A DNA stretch of 64,000 bases from IMG/VR virus record IMGVR_UViG_3300017774_006254, positions 32,001 to 96,000 of that record; one strand, written 5' to 3'. How positions within the stretch are numbered: position 1 is the first letter of the stretch; each line of letters starts with the position of its first letter. The translations under genes and the position numbers were made by a program. Source of the stretch: a virus. Positions 19,089-28,984 of this stretch are shown here, in pieces. The notes beneath the pieces are model-generated. The model was not told the DNA's origin. It did not search any database and was given only the letters and a program-made list of their open reading frames with translations.

Positions 19089-19632
19089 TCACTTCTGACG
19101 AGTCCGCGGCGGCATCGCCTGAGGCAGCTTCCGGCTCCGCATCGCCCTCAGTGGGCTTCTCGTCGTCTCGCGTGCCCATCAGATCTTCTGCAAGATCCTC
19201 GATGCTCTCGCTGCAACGGTTGAAGGCCGCCTGAAGCTCCTCGTCGTCAGGGTACTTCTTCTGAAGAAGAGAGCCTAGCGCGAAGAAGTCTTCCTCAAGC
19301 GCTTCCAGAGCTTCAGCACCGGGGACAATCAGCTCGCCGTTGGCCCCCTCGACAGGAGTGCCGAGCTTCGCCAGTGCGCCGCCGTACACCTGGCGCATGC
19401 TCAAGACCTGCTCTTCGGTGCTCACCGCGAGGGTGTAGATGTCGAAGAGGCCCTGGCCCATGAGCGTGACGATGTCTTGCAGGCGCGGGTAGAGGAACTG
19501 CGCGAGGAACGCCTTGAGCTGCTCCGGCTTGGCGAACTCCTTGTCGCGGACAAGCTTCTGACGATCTTCCTTGAGCTTGCCGATCAGGTTGACGAATTCT
19601 GGAGCGAGGGGGACTTCGTTTTCTTGCGCCAT
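19066..19632 (-). CDS. Hypothetical acidic helical protein
   Basis: ORF from MAQENEV with an RBS-like sequence. Confidence 0.55.
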   Translation of the reverse strand: MAQENEVPLAPEFVNLIGKLKEDRQKLVRDKEFAKPEQLKAFLAQFLYPRLQDIVTLMGQGLFDIYTLAVSTEEQVLSMRQVYGGALAKLGTPVEGANGELIVPGAEALEALEEDFFALGSLLQKKYPDDEELQAAFNRCSESIEDLAEDLMGTRDDEKPTEGDAEPEAASGDAAADSSEVSENVDDV

Positions 19633-19664
19633 TTTGGACTCTTCTTTCTGATGGATCTGGTGGA

Positions 19665-20189
19665 CTAAAAATCGAGCTTTCCGCTCTTTTCTGAGGTTTC
19701 GGCCGCCAGGTCTTTCTGACGCTGGCGGAAGTCTCGAACGATGCGAATCGAGACGAGATCTTGCGGGCTCCGAGCGTTGCACGCGTAGACGTTTCCGCGG
19801 TGCTCCCACTGTTCGGATCCAGTGGCGAGCCAGCGGCAAAACTGCCGAATCTGGCGCATCTCGCCAAAGCCTTTTGCGACGCCATCAGCTGGCAACACGA
19901 GCGTGACCAAGTGCACGCACTCGGGGCGCGTTCCGTCGGATGACTCTGCGCAGATGAAATTGGCGTCCGTAAGGCCGTCTTCTTGTTCTGGAGGGCCATC
20001 TCCACCGACAGCAGGCATGCCGTCCGCTGCCATGCTGACTCCGACGAATCCGGTCTTGTAGTATTTTGACGAGTCGACCTCCATGCGCTGCTGGCCGTGG
20101 TGTCCGACCTCGGTTTCGCTCAGATCTCCTGGCTGATCTCCGCTTTCAGGCGAGTTGGGGTCGAAGATGCCGTTCTCGTTGGGATTCAT
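19665..20189 (-). CDS. Hypothetical Cys-containing protein
   Basis: ORF from MNPNENG, first gene of the leftward operon. Confidence 0.5.
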   Translation of the reverse strand: MNPNENGIFDPNSPESGDQPGDLSETEVGHHGQQRMEVDSSKYYKTGFVGVSMAADGMPAVGGDGPPEQEDGLTDANFICAESSDGTRPECVHLVTLVLPADGVAKGFGEMRQIRQFCRWLATGSEQWEHRGNVYACNARSPQDLVSIRIVRDFRQRQKDLAAETSEKSGKLDF

Positions 20190-20460
20190 CTGGCCGACCT
20201 TAGGGAGTGGGCCTTGACAAGGCAACGCGTTAGTTTTTATCGGCACTGCTCGCCGACTGAAGAGCCTAGAAAACGTGTACAGAACGGCTAGGCGATGCCC
20301 GGGCTTTTGAGGGGAGGGTGCCTGGGCCCCGAGGTTTAGTACCTGGGCGCCCAGGTCGAGCTGCCCCCCGCTGGCTGCGCCAGCTCGGCGGAGAGACGGG
20401 CCGCTCGGGCGGATCGAGGGGCGCGGGCGCGGGGCGCAGCGCACCCGCACGCATACACCG

Positions 20461-20500
20461 CACGCGCGAGGGCGCGCGAGGGCGCGCGAGGGCGCGCGAG
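20461..20500. repeat. Tandem 10-bp repeat (GGCGCGCGAG x3 plus one variant)
   Basis: Read directly: CACGCGCGAG GGCGCGCGAG GGCGCGCGAG GGCGCGCGAG. Confidence 0.85.
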
Positions 20501-20706
20501 CGATGGCGAGCCTAGCCTTCACGCGTCAAGGTCGCGCGAGGGACGCGCGAAGTGTCGGGAAAGGTCGCGCGGCGGCGAAACAGCCCCCAGGGGGGCGCCC
20601 GGAAGGGGCGCCCGAAGGCCTCCGAAGGCCGAAAGCGGCGGCCTATGGGCCAGCGGCGGCCAAAAGTCGGGGGATAGTGCCCCCGAAAATAATCGTTTGG
20701 CATCGC

Positions 20707-20734
20707 TTGACACCGCGTGAGCCGTGGTTAAGAT
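20707..20734 (+). promoter_or_regulatory. Sigma70-like promoter for the rightward early region
   Basis: TTGACA-16nt-TAAGAT. Confidence 0.55.
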
Positions 20735-21523
20735 AGCGATGTGCCCGGGCCATTGCCCGGACGCCTCGCCCGGTTCGCCGGGTGAGTGATAGGGCGCCTC
20801 GCACTGTAGGTGGCGCTTTTGGGCGTGTAATCTCTCCCATAAGAGAGACTAACGCAGCGGATCTACCGCGCAACGTTCGGCGTGTGTCGACGGTGCAACC
20901 TAGGCGGATTGACTCTAACGCGCTTGCCTTCGGGCGAGGTGTTGGGGCGGTACCGGCCGCACTAGGGCGGATTGGATCGCGGCGACCCCTAAGAGCGACG
21001 CCACATCCCAGCGAGCGACGGAAAGTGTCCTAGGCGCTTTTCGTCAAGCTCTACCTATGCCCGGTGAGCCGGGTTCACCCTAGCGGGTGACGCTTAGCGA
21101 GTGCGACGAGCACGCGAGAGGACTCTTGCGCGCTGGTCCTGCTCTCTAATCGAGCGGGAAAGGTTGACCGTATGCGCCTTTGTTCTTTGTGCGGCGAAGA
21201 TCTGGATCACGCGCCGCAAATTTTCATCCACGAGTGCAATCGCTGGGCGTTAGGTGCGCCTCGCCGATTGCGTCCGCCCGCCCCATCGCTAGGGGTTCAC
21301 CGTTACGGGCGTGGCGTGCTCCACGTTCTTTCGCTGGAACGCAGAATTGCGGGCGGTTCCGTGGTGCGGGTTGCCCGTTGCCAGGATAACCCCGCGCAAC
21401 GCTTGGCCGATGGCTCGATCCATCCGGCGCACCGTGCGGGGTTTGCGTGGGATGAACCAGCGCAAAACGTGATCGCGCTAGTCGATCTTTCGGTTCTGCG
21501 CTTTGTGATGAGCCGATAACGGC

Positions 21524-21628
21524 CCGGGCAAGCTCCGCGCTTGCCTTTCGGCGAACGTCTCAGATCTCCCGATCTGGCGTGTTCGCCGGGAGATAACCCG
21601 GCCCAGAAAGGTCAGATAATGACATCCA
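21524..21628 (+). repeat. 105-bp structured leader repeat, copy 1
   Basis: Identical to 22308..22412 except at 3 nt; contains hairpins, an RBS and ATGACATCCA. Confidence 0.9.
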
Positions 21629-22302
21629 TCGAATCCGCCGAAACGCTTGAGCGTCCGCCCACGGTGCGCCGCGCATCGCGCGAAACCGAGGTTCCCACCA
21701 TCGCAGAAGCGCCCGCACCCGTGCGCATGATGGGCGAGCGTGGTTTGCTCCTCACGCGTGAGGACCAAGAGCGCTATATTCTCGCCGGAACGGTCGACGC
21801 GGCGGGGCATGCCCACGGCGGGCGAATAACGGTCGTGTCGCGTGCGACCTCCAAGCGGTTCACCTTTCAGATCAAGCCCCCTTCTTCTGGTCGACGCGGC
21901 GACCGTTGCCAAAAGTGCGTCGGCGGTTACTTACGCGGCGACAGTCGTTATCCGTGCTTCGCTTGTGGCTCGACGGGGATCGTCGGATCTGCACCCCCGG
22001 AGCGCTTTTTCGTCTCGGTTTTGACCGGGTGCGACAATACGCGGGACTACACCTTTATCGGACAGATCGTAACGAGCGGATCGCGCCGCTACGACCACGG
22101 AAAGCGGGCTCATATCAGCCCGGACGCGCCCAGCGGCAAGGCTGCAACGTGGTACTTCTCTCGTGTCATCGGTCGCGGGGATGTGTCATCGGTCGAAGTC
22201 TGGCATGACTCGACGTGCGGGCGCTGCGGGAGAGACCTCACCGACCCCGATTCGATCTCGCGCGGCATCGGCCCCGATTGCTGGGAGAAAATGGGGTTCT
22301 AA
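21619..22302 (+). CDS. Zn-finger protein with DUF6011-like C-terminus
   Basis: CGRCGRDLTDPDSISRGIGPDC plus an internal CxxC...CxxC. Confidence 0.7.
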   Translation: MTSIESAETLERPPTVRRASRETEVPTIAEAPAPVRMMGERGLLLTREDQERYILAGTVDAAGHAHGGRITVVSRATSKRFTFQIKPPSSGRRGDRCQKCVGGYLRGDSRYPCFACGSTGIVGSAPPERFFVSVLTGCDNTRDYTFIGQIVTSGSRRYDHGKRAHISPDAPSGKAATWYFSRVIGRGDVSSVEVWHDSTCGRCGRDLTDPDSISRGIGPDCWEKMGF

Positions 22303-22307
22303 GGCCA

Positions 22308-22412
22308 CCGGGCAAGCTCCGCGCTTGCCTTTCGGCGAACGTCTCAGATCTCCCGATCTGGCGTGTTCGCCGGGAGATAACCCGGCCTAGAAAGGTCAGA
22401 CTATGACATCCA
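22308..22412 (+). repeat. 105-bp structured leader repeat, copy 2
   Basis: Direct repeat of 21524..21628. Confidence 0.9.
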
Positions 22413-22675
22413 AGAAAAAGCGCCCTAGCGGCTCCCTTGTGGACGCATTCGGCGCAGCATTCGGCAAGTACATCGAGGCCAGCAGTACCTCGCACCTTGC
22501 AGCGGCAAAAGCCGCGCACGCTAAGGCGGTCGAAGGCGGGGAAAGCCTCGCAACGCTTCACGATTGGGCGAACAAGATCGGCGATCGCGTGATGCAAGAC
22601 ACGTGGCCAGACGAACGCGCCAATTTCTGGATGCCACCCATGCGAGCGGGAGCGGGAAAGAAGGCTTCGCGATGA
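22403..22675 (+). CDS. Hypothetical early protein
   Basis: Starts within leader repeat copy 2. Confidence 0.55.
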   Translation: MTSKKKRPSGSLVDAFGAAFGKYIEASSTSHLAAAKAAHAKAVEGGESLATLHDWANKIGDRVMQDTWPDERANFWMPPMRAGAGKKASR

Positions 22676-23514
22676 CGGCCCCCGAATTCAAGGCTGGCGA
22701 TAGGGTGCGCAAGTCCTACGGCGCCGCCGTGCCGGGATCGACGGTTTACACCGTGGTCAGCGTTGATACAGTTTTCGACTGGAAATCCGCAAAGCATGTT
22801 CCACGGGTCAACGTCGAGTGCCCCAAAGGGAAGGCTTACGCGCGGTATCCACACACGCTCGTCAAGGTTCCAGACGAAGACAACGGCTCCAGCCAGAAGA
22901 AAGAAGGTTTCGCGATGATTATCCCCGAATTCAAGCACACGACCTCCCCGCGACGACTCGGCCGTGACTACGTCACGGCGTCAATCAAGTGGGAGACCTA
23001 CGGCGGAAACAAGCACCCGCACTTTTCGATCTGCGGGACCGTTTACGGGCCGGAACGGATCAGCGGCGAAACGCCGATCACGATCGACGGAAAAAGCTAC
23101 TGGCCACATTCGGGCGGCCAGGTCAGAGAAGCGATCAGCCTTGCCTTCCCCGCGCTCGTGCCCTTCCTCCGCTGGCACTTGTGCGATCCTGATGGCCCCA
23201 TGCATTACCGTGAAAACGGGCTTTACCAGGCCGAATTTGTGTTCGGCGTATCCAAGTGGGAAGCGCCAAACTACGACACACGGAAGGCGTTCGCGGAAAC
23301 AGTCGTGCTCGGGGCAGTTGAGGGCGATGCATTCCCCGCCGTCATCCTCTCCGACGATGAGCTTTCCCCGGCCGCGCACAAGGCGGAGGTGCATCGGCAG
23401 GTGGGCGCATGGCTCGACGCACGGCGGCCCGCCCTGCTGGCCCAGTTCGCCAGCGATATGCGCAAGGTGATCGATCTCTGCGCGAAAGGGGAGCTTCGCA
23501 ATGCGCAAACTTGA
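22672..23514 (+). CDS. Hypothetical protein, possibly two fused genes (second start at 22915)
   Basis: Duplicated RBS plus start motif, in frame. Confidence 0.55.
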   Translation: MTAPEFKAGDRVRKSYGAAVPGSTVYTVVSVDTVFDWKSAKHVPRVNVECPKGKAYARYPHTLVKVPDEDNGSSQKKEGFAMIIPEFKHTTSPRRLGRDYVTASIKWETYGGNKHPHFSICGTVYGPERISGETPITIDGKSYWPHSGGQVREAISLAFPALVPFLRWHLCDPDGPMHYRENGLYQAEFVFGVSKWEAPNYDTRKAFAETVVLGAVEGDAFPAVILSDDELSPAAHKAEVHRQVGAWLDARRPALLAQFASDMRKVIDLCAKGELRNAQT

Positions 23515-24004
23515 AGCGACCGACGTGGAATTCACGATCTCAGTCGAGCCTGAAGATACGCCCGTGCGCGGTAGCTTCGCCTCCGGCGACGCCGATGCGG
23601 ATCGCGCGCTTGAGGATGATATCCTCGCTCGTCTCGCCTCGGGTGACGTGTGGGCGTGGTGTCACATCACGGTCACCGCAAAATGGGAGAGCCCAGACGG
23701 TACCGTTTACGGGGGGCGGGACACCTTGGGCGCGTGCTCCTACGCGAGCGAAAAGGACTTCATCGCGTGCGATGACTATTACCCCGACATGAGGGGGCGT
23801 GCCCTTGAAGAACTTAACGAGCAGATCCCCGCTACCCCGCTCGACGGCGCTTTGAGGGCGCTCGACTTGACGGAAGCTAGGCAACTTCTGCGCGACATCG
23901 CCATGCGCCTTTCTGGCCGCGCGTACGACTCCGACGCGTGCACGGATGTTGCGCGCCTGCTGGCAGCTGCTGGCCTCCCAGTTGAAAGCGAGCTTACGCC
24001 ATGA
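23501..24004 (+). CDS. Hypothetical phage protein
   Basis: RBS GGGGAG; DVWAWC...DTLGACSY motif. Confidence 0.6.
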   Translation: MRKLEATDVEFTISVEPEDTPVRGSFASGDADADRALEDDILARLASGDVWAWCHITVTAKWESPDGTVYGGRDTLGACSYASEKDFIACDDYYPDMRGRALEELNEQIPATPLDGALRALDLTEARQLLRDIAMRLSGRAYDSDACTDVARLLAAAGLPVESELTP

Positions 24005-24237
24005 ACAAGCCATGGCGCGGCGTTCGTCGCGACGGCCAACGTGAAGCGTTGCGAGTCCGAGCGGCGGCAGTGGTCCAGGCGTTGACCGGATCGGAGCGCT
24101 TTGACGTGGTTCGTTGCGGTACCGCATTCACGACGTATGAGGAGCACGGATCTCGCGCGTGTGAATGGATCCGGGAGATGTGCGCGGCGTGGCTCCGCGA
24201 CAATCGTGACATGCCCCGATCCTGCCCCTGGTAGGGG

Positions 24238-24274
24238 TTGACGCTCCCTCTAATCGTTATTACTTTCGACACAC
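24238..24274 (+). promoter_or_regulatory. Repeated phage promoter TTGAC-N16/17-TACTTT-CNACACAC
   Basis: TTGACG-17nt containing CTAATCGTTAT-TACTTT-CGACACAC. Confidence 0.7.
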
Positions 24275-24294
24275 CCCACCCCAGGAGAACGACC

Positions 24295-24888
24295 ATGTTT
24301 GAAGAGAATCAGAAGTTGATCGACGATGCGAAAGAGCTTGAAACCCTTCGCGCAGATAAGGCAGCACTCATCGCCGAGCTTCAGGCGATTCGCCAAGAGC
24401 GCGAGAACGAGATCAACGACGATGCACTCGAAACCGAGTGCAAAGAGATCGCGCAAAGCGCTTTCGATGAGATCACCGGGCTTCATGAAGACGACGCGCC
24501 CGAAGACCTGCGCGACGAGTTCGATCAGTACATCCACGAGACGATCGACGGCCACGATTGGCTTATTCACCCGAAGAAGACGCACCAACTGTGCGCCAAT
24601 TGCGACGTGTCAGACGGTGAAGCATTCCTCGCTGACGTCGGCGCGGGCGATTCGCCTGATTACGACAAGTTTGCCGTGACGCTCGCCTATGGCGAGATGA
24701 AGGCTCGTGCAATGAGCGCGCTCGACGACTTGATCGAAGAGTGGAACGACGCACACGAGAACGACGAGGATGAAGAAGAGGACGGCGGCAACGAGAGCGA
24801 GGAGCCCGAAGCGACTGACGCGGATCTGACAGACGTGGAGATTGACGAGCGTGCTCAACGGATCAAGGACGGCGAAGAGGACGCGTAG
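24295..24888 (+). CDS. Highly acidic Ocr-like DNA-mimic candidate
   Basis: DQYIHETIDG motif, helical acidic core and poly-D/E tail resembling the T7 gp0.3 pattern. Confidence 0.5.
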   Translation: MFEENQKLIDDAKELETLRADKAALIAELQAIRQERENEINDDALETECKEIAQSAFDEITGLHEDDAPEDLRDEFDQYIHETIDGHDWLIHPKKTHQLCANCDVSDGEAFLADVGAGDSPDYDKFAVTLAYGEMKARAMSALDDLIEEWNDAHENDEDEEEDGGNESEEPEATDADLTDVEIDERAQRIKDGEEDA

Positions 24889-25394
24889 CCCGCTGATGAT
24901 GGCCCCCTGGTTAGGGGCCGAAACTCGCCGCCGCGAGTCCGGGAAACCAAACGAACGAGGGAACATGCTTGATAACGATCTGAAAGCGTCCGAAGAGCCG
25001 CTCGATTACCACTATTCAAATTTGCTGGATCAGATGGCCAAAATGATCGGGTGGGAACGACTGGCAAGAGAAGTCGAGCGCAAGGCTTGCATTGATATGC
25101 GCTTCACGCGCGAGGAATTTCGGGCGAGCTGCAAGGCTGTCGCGGAGCGCTCAAAGCCATGAGCAGGCCGCACGCGAAGTCGCGCCACGAGCGCAGGAAA
25201 CACAACGCCCCGAGGTGCCCAAAGTGCAACGACCAAGGCGCACGCCCCGTGGTTGTCCCCGGCGGCCCGTATCAGTCCAAGCTCGCCCCGTGCCCCTACT
25301 GCCAAGCGGGGAAAGCGATGAAAGCGCACATCGCGAAGCTTTCACCGAAGGAAGCAACGACGGCGCTCGTCACTGGCGTACCAGGAGAAAAGCG

Positions 25395-25805
25395 ATGACG
25401 GGCCTCCTTTGCTTGTGGTGTGACGATCGCCTTCCCGGCCCCCTTGCGGCTCAGGTATGCCTTCGATGCGCGCCGCTCGGAAACATCGTGCACCACTGCT
25501 GCGCGGGACGTAACCACCTTCCGACGTTCTCTTCGCTCTCATGCGCCACGTGCGACGAAAGCGCGACACGGCTCGCGAGGGTGCGAGCAGAGATTGCGCC
25601 CCAGATCGCCGATCTGGAGAAGATGATTAGCGACCATATCCGAGACTGGCACAAGCCGTGGCCGGGAATGAACTTCGCGAAAGCGATCGTAGGCCGCATG
25701 TTCACCGGCGCGCTCGACGATCTCAACCGCAGGTTGCAGGAAGAAGAGCGGTGGGCCACGCGAATCGAGCCTGTTCTCAACTACTACCAAACGGAAACGC
25801 CATGA
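25395..25805 (+). CDS. Cys-rich hypothetical protein
   Basis: Multiple CxxC pairs; ATGA coupling. Confidence 0.5.
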   Translation: MTGLLCLWCDDRLPGPLAAQVCLRCAPLGNIVHHCCAGRNHLPTFSSLSCATCDESATRLARVRAEIAPQIADLEKMISDHIRDWHKPWPGMNFAKAIVGRMFTGALDDLNRRLQEEERWATRIEPVLNYYQTETP

Positions 25806-26272
25806 CAGACCTCGACGCTCTAAGCGACTCCTCGCCAGCGCTGCGCAAGCTACTCGCCGAAGCAAACGCCGCCGCTCACGAAGTTGGGCGCGCGATCGTA
25901 ACGCTGGAGAAGGCCCAAGCCCGCCAGACGAAGGCCAACGCAGCGGTACAAAGCTACATCGAGCACTTGCGGAAGATCCACAAGCCTCAGATCCCTCGCG
26001 CGGGCATCGCTTGTTGCGGCGGCATGGGGGACGGCTCCGACTGCGCGCCCAGTTGCGCCGCGTACTGGACCAAGCAAACAACCTCGCCCTTCAAGGTTGG
26101 CGACCTTGTAACCCTGAACTACGACTCGCCTGACATTGTGAATGCTCGCGTGAAAAGCATACAACCGTCGTTCTTCGACATCACGAAGAGAAGCGTCACC
26201 GTCAAGTGCACACGCACGGGCTCGACGCAGACTTACGCGGAGGATGAACTCGTCGTCGTAGTCGAGCCTTAG
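25802..26272 (+). CDS. Hypothetical protein
   Basis: Coupled start; C-terminal FKVGDLV SH3-like segment. Confidence 0.5.
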   Translation: MTDLDALSDSSPALRKLLAEANAAAHEVGRAIVTLEKAQARQTKANAAVQSYIEHLRKIHKPQIPRAGIACCGGMGDGSDCAPSCAAYWTKQTTSPFKVGDLVTLNYDSPDIVNARVKSIQPSFFDITKRSVTVKCTRTGSTQTYAEDELVVVVEP

Positions 26273-26278
26273 TCACCA

Positions 26279-26351
26279 GTCCCCATAGCTCAGCGGATAG
26301 AGCAGGTGCTTTCTAAGCACTTGGCCGGGGGTTCGAATCCCTCTGGGGACG
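26279..26351 (+). tRNA. tRNA-Arg (TCT)
   Basis: Cloverleaf: acceptor GTCCCCA/TGGGGAC, D arm GCTC/GAGC, anticodon arm GGTGC-TT-TCT-AA-GCACT, T loop TTCGAAT; no encoded CCA. Confidence 0.92.
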
Positions 26352-26724
26352 TACTTACAACGCGAGGATACATGCGAACCAAGCGCAAGCAGAGAGCCCG
26401 GAACCGTCACGCCACAGTGCAGTTGCCCGAGGAGCCAAACGAGTTCCCTGGACTCCGGCCCACCTGGCTTCGCAGGTGACAGCGTGACGAAGACGATTCT
26501 TTTTGAAACCGCGATGTACCATGAAGCGTTGCGACGCATATCAACGGCCTGGGATCTCCCACATGTTGCCGCTCGCATGCGCGAAGTAGAGGACGGCCGC
26601 CCGCTATCGGGGATCGATGCTGCGCAAGTGCTAGCAGAACGCGCGTCATGCAGACTGGAACTGTGCGCATCGCTCGACTACTGGGAGAGCTTCGGCGGGC
26701 AACAACAAAATAACGATTAGGCCA

Positions 26725-26761
26725 TTGACACCGAAGCTCTAATCGTTATCTTTCTACACAC
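26725..26761 (+). promoter_or_regulatory. Repeated phage promoter inside an 11-bp inverted repeat
   Basis: TTGACA-16nt-TATCTT-TCTACACAC; inverted arms ATAACGATTAG (26710) and CTAATCGTTAT (26739). Confidence 0.7.
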
Positions 26762-26793
26762 CAGGGCGCCCCCTACGGCGCCGGAAAGCAAAC

Positions 26794-27165
26794 ATGCCGA
26801 AGAAGAAAGAAAAAGATCCCGTGGTCACGCGCCTGGAAGGCGAGGTGCGCATGCTGTCCGAGTTCGTGAAGGTGCTTGAATCCGGAGCGAATCACGAGAC
26901 ATTCGTACACCATCGCCTGACCGCTCACCTGTATGCGATCAAGAACGGCGATCCTCTCGTTCGCCTCATCGCGTTTGACACTGACGGAAGCGTCATGTCG
27001 CGCGAACTTCGCTGGGCCCCCGAGTTCTTGGAGAACCCGTGCAAGGGCCTTCTCACCATCACAACCATGACAGACGGCAAGACCACGCCGCACGATCCCG
27101 AGCTTTGGGCGGCCTACTTGGAGTGCGCGACGGCATTCGGGCACGGATGCGGGACAGTGTCATGA
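26794..27165 (+). CDS. Hypothetical protein
   Basis: ORF directly after the promoter and GGCGCC hairpin. Confidence 0.55.
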   Translation: MPKKKEKDPVVTRLEGEVRMLSEFVKVLESGANHETFVHHRLTAHLYAIKNGDPLVRLIAFDTDGSVMSRELRWAPEFLENPCKGLLTITTMTDGKTTPHDPELWAAYLECATAFGHGCGTVS

Positions 27166-28030
27166 CACCGTTTGAAAAGGCATTCGATGTAGTTGCGGCC
27201 AAGAAGCAGGGTCAGTTGACTCTCGCCACGGTCTCATGCGCCATCGAACTCATCAGCGAAATGCTGGAGGAGAGAGCCGATGACGACGAGGCACATCGCC
27301 AAGAGGTGGAGCTTCTTCGAGACGAGAACAAGCTCCTTCATGCGCGGCTGGATCTGATCAAGCGATACGCCGACCTCTCAAATGAACAGGGGAGAGTATG
27401 AGCCAGTCCATCGATCCAGAAACGCTCGACGTTCTTCGCAAGCGAGCACGAGAAAAAACGATCTGGGCGGCCTACCAGAACGTGGCGCTCGACTCTTCGA
27501 ACGCTGGCCACATCCAACTTCTCATGGTGGGAGAAGGATGTACCTACAGCACGCCCCCCGCCCAGTACCCTGCCGATACCGCCCACGGGGCCGGGTGGCG
27601 CTACAAGTTGGCAGGCACCGTCAACCTTGAAACAGGAGTCGTCTCGTGACTGACAAGGTCAAAACACGGCCCAGGCCAGTTCACTTCCAGCTGTACCAGA
27701 AGGCGTCCGTGATCGCGTGTTCGAGCACATCGTTGCTCAGCACGCGCGACAAGTCACAAGTCACCTGCAAGCGGTGCAAAAACTCCACGTCCTTCAAAGC
27801 GAACATCGCATGCACCTAGCACCATGGCACCGCTGCGTGCTCATCGTCAAAGAGCTGAAGTCCGAAGCGCAAGCGCGGGCCGAGTACGACCGAGCCGTGA
27901 GAGCGCATATCGCCGCTGGGATCCTCCGAAGCTCAAGTCTCGATCGCGAGGTTCAAGTACGTATCACCCGCCCCAAAGGATGGGGTCACGACGGAAGAGC
28001 ACGCTACGGCGTGTGGACAAGGGAGAAGTC

Positions 28031-28681
28031 ATGTTGACCACCGATGAAGCGAAGAAGGTCGTTCACCCTACAACCGAAGAGTTGACGGCCAAGCTCGTGA
28101 AGTTCTCCGGGAGCGGACAGATCGACGACTTCGAGGACGATTACGGCACGTGGAAGCTGCGCGAGCCGATCCTTTGCGAGGGGCCAGTTTTCCTATTCAT
28201 CCGCACGCTCGACGTGCGGGAGGCGGGACTCGCCCACGGCCACAAGTGGGGCGCTGAAGTAATCGCCGTGAGCCCGTTCCTCGCGACTGACGCGGCTATT
28301 TGCGACGCTCTTCGTTCGTCCGGCGACTACATGTCGGAACGTTGGAGCGATAGCGATGGCGAGGCCAGGATCGCCATGCTCTGCGATGCGCTCATGTCGT
28401 ACGGAGTCCAAGCCGTTCTTTTCAGCAAGACAAGCACCCGCGCGATCGGCCCCTTCCGAGCTTGCTTCAACGAGCTTGCCAAGATGAGCATCGTGTTTGG
28501 CTTCTACGCCGACCAAACGCTGAACGCCATCGGGGACACCGGGTGGGAATTCATGAAGGGGACCTACGGCTTCCAGAAGAAGGAACCCTTCCGAAAGCCC
28601 GCTGGCTTCCAAGCCAAAGTCATCCGGTGGCTGAACACCCACTACCCAAAACGCGTTGCGTTCCACAACGAAGAGAGCTGA
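28031..28681 (+). CDS. Hypothetical protein
   Basis: RBS GGAG before MLTTDE. Confidence 0.55.
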   Translation: MLTTDEAKKVVHPTTEELTAKLVKFSGSGQIDDFEDDYGTWKLREPILCEGPVFLFIRTLDVREAGLAHGHKWGAEVIAVSPFLATDAAICDALRSSGDYMSERWSDSDGEARIAMLCDALMSYGVQAVLFSKTSTRAIGPFRACFNELAKMSIVFGFYADQTLNAIGDTGWEFMKGTYGFQKKEPFRKPAGFQAKVIRWLNTHYPKRVAFHNEES

Positions 28682-28984
28682 CATGAAGCCTGCCGCTGAA
28701 AAATGGGCCGTCGTGAAGCCAGTGCGAGTGTTCGAAGAGATGGTCGTTTCGACTCATCGGACAGAAACGGCCGCGCAGAAGAAGCGCGATGCGCTGAATA
28801 ACGACTCTGCGAAGATCGTGCGCGTCGATTCTGGTTACTACGAATTGATCGATCTTCCATGGGGCTTGTCGATTCGCCCCCGATCGAAGTAGCTACGACC
28901 CGGCGAACACCGTTCGCCGCTTGGTCCAGACGGCTCCACGCGAGACTTCTGGACCAGGCGCAACCCCCTGGACTGGAGAACCCC

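Noticed and set aside
87-20000. Long plus-strand ORFs (e.g. 87..959, 9513..10763, 18069..19223)
   Set aside because: They are antisense shadows of the tightly coupled minus-strand genes in GC-rich DNA, with no recognisable motifs.
21524-22412. The 105-bp repeats as a CRISPR array or IS ends
   Set aside because: There are only two direct copies, they include an RBS and start codon, and there is no transposase or spacer periodicity.
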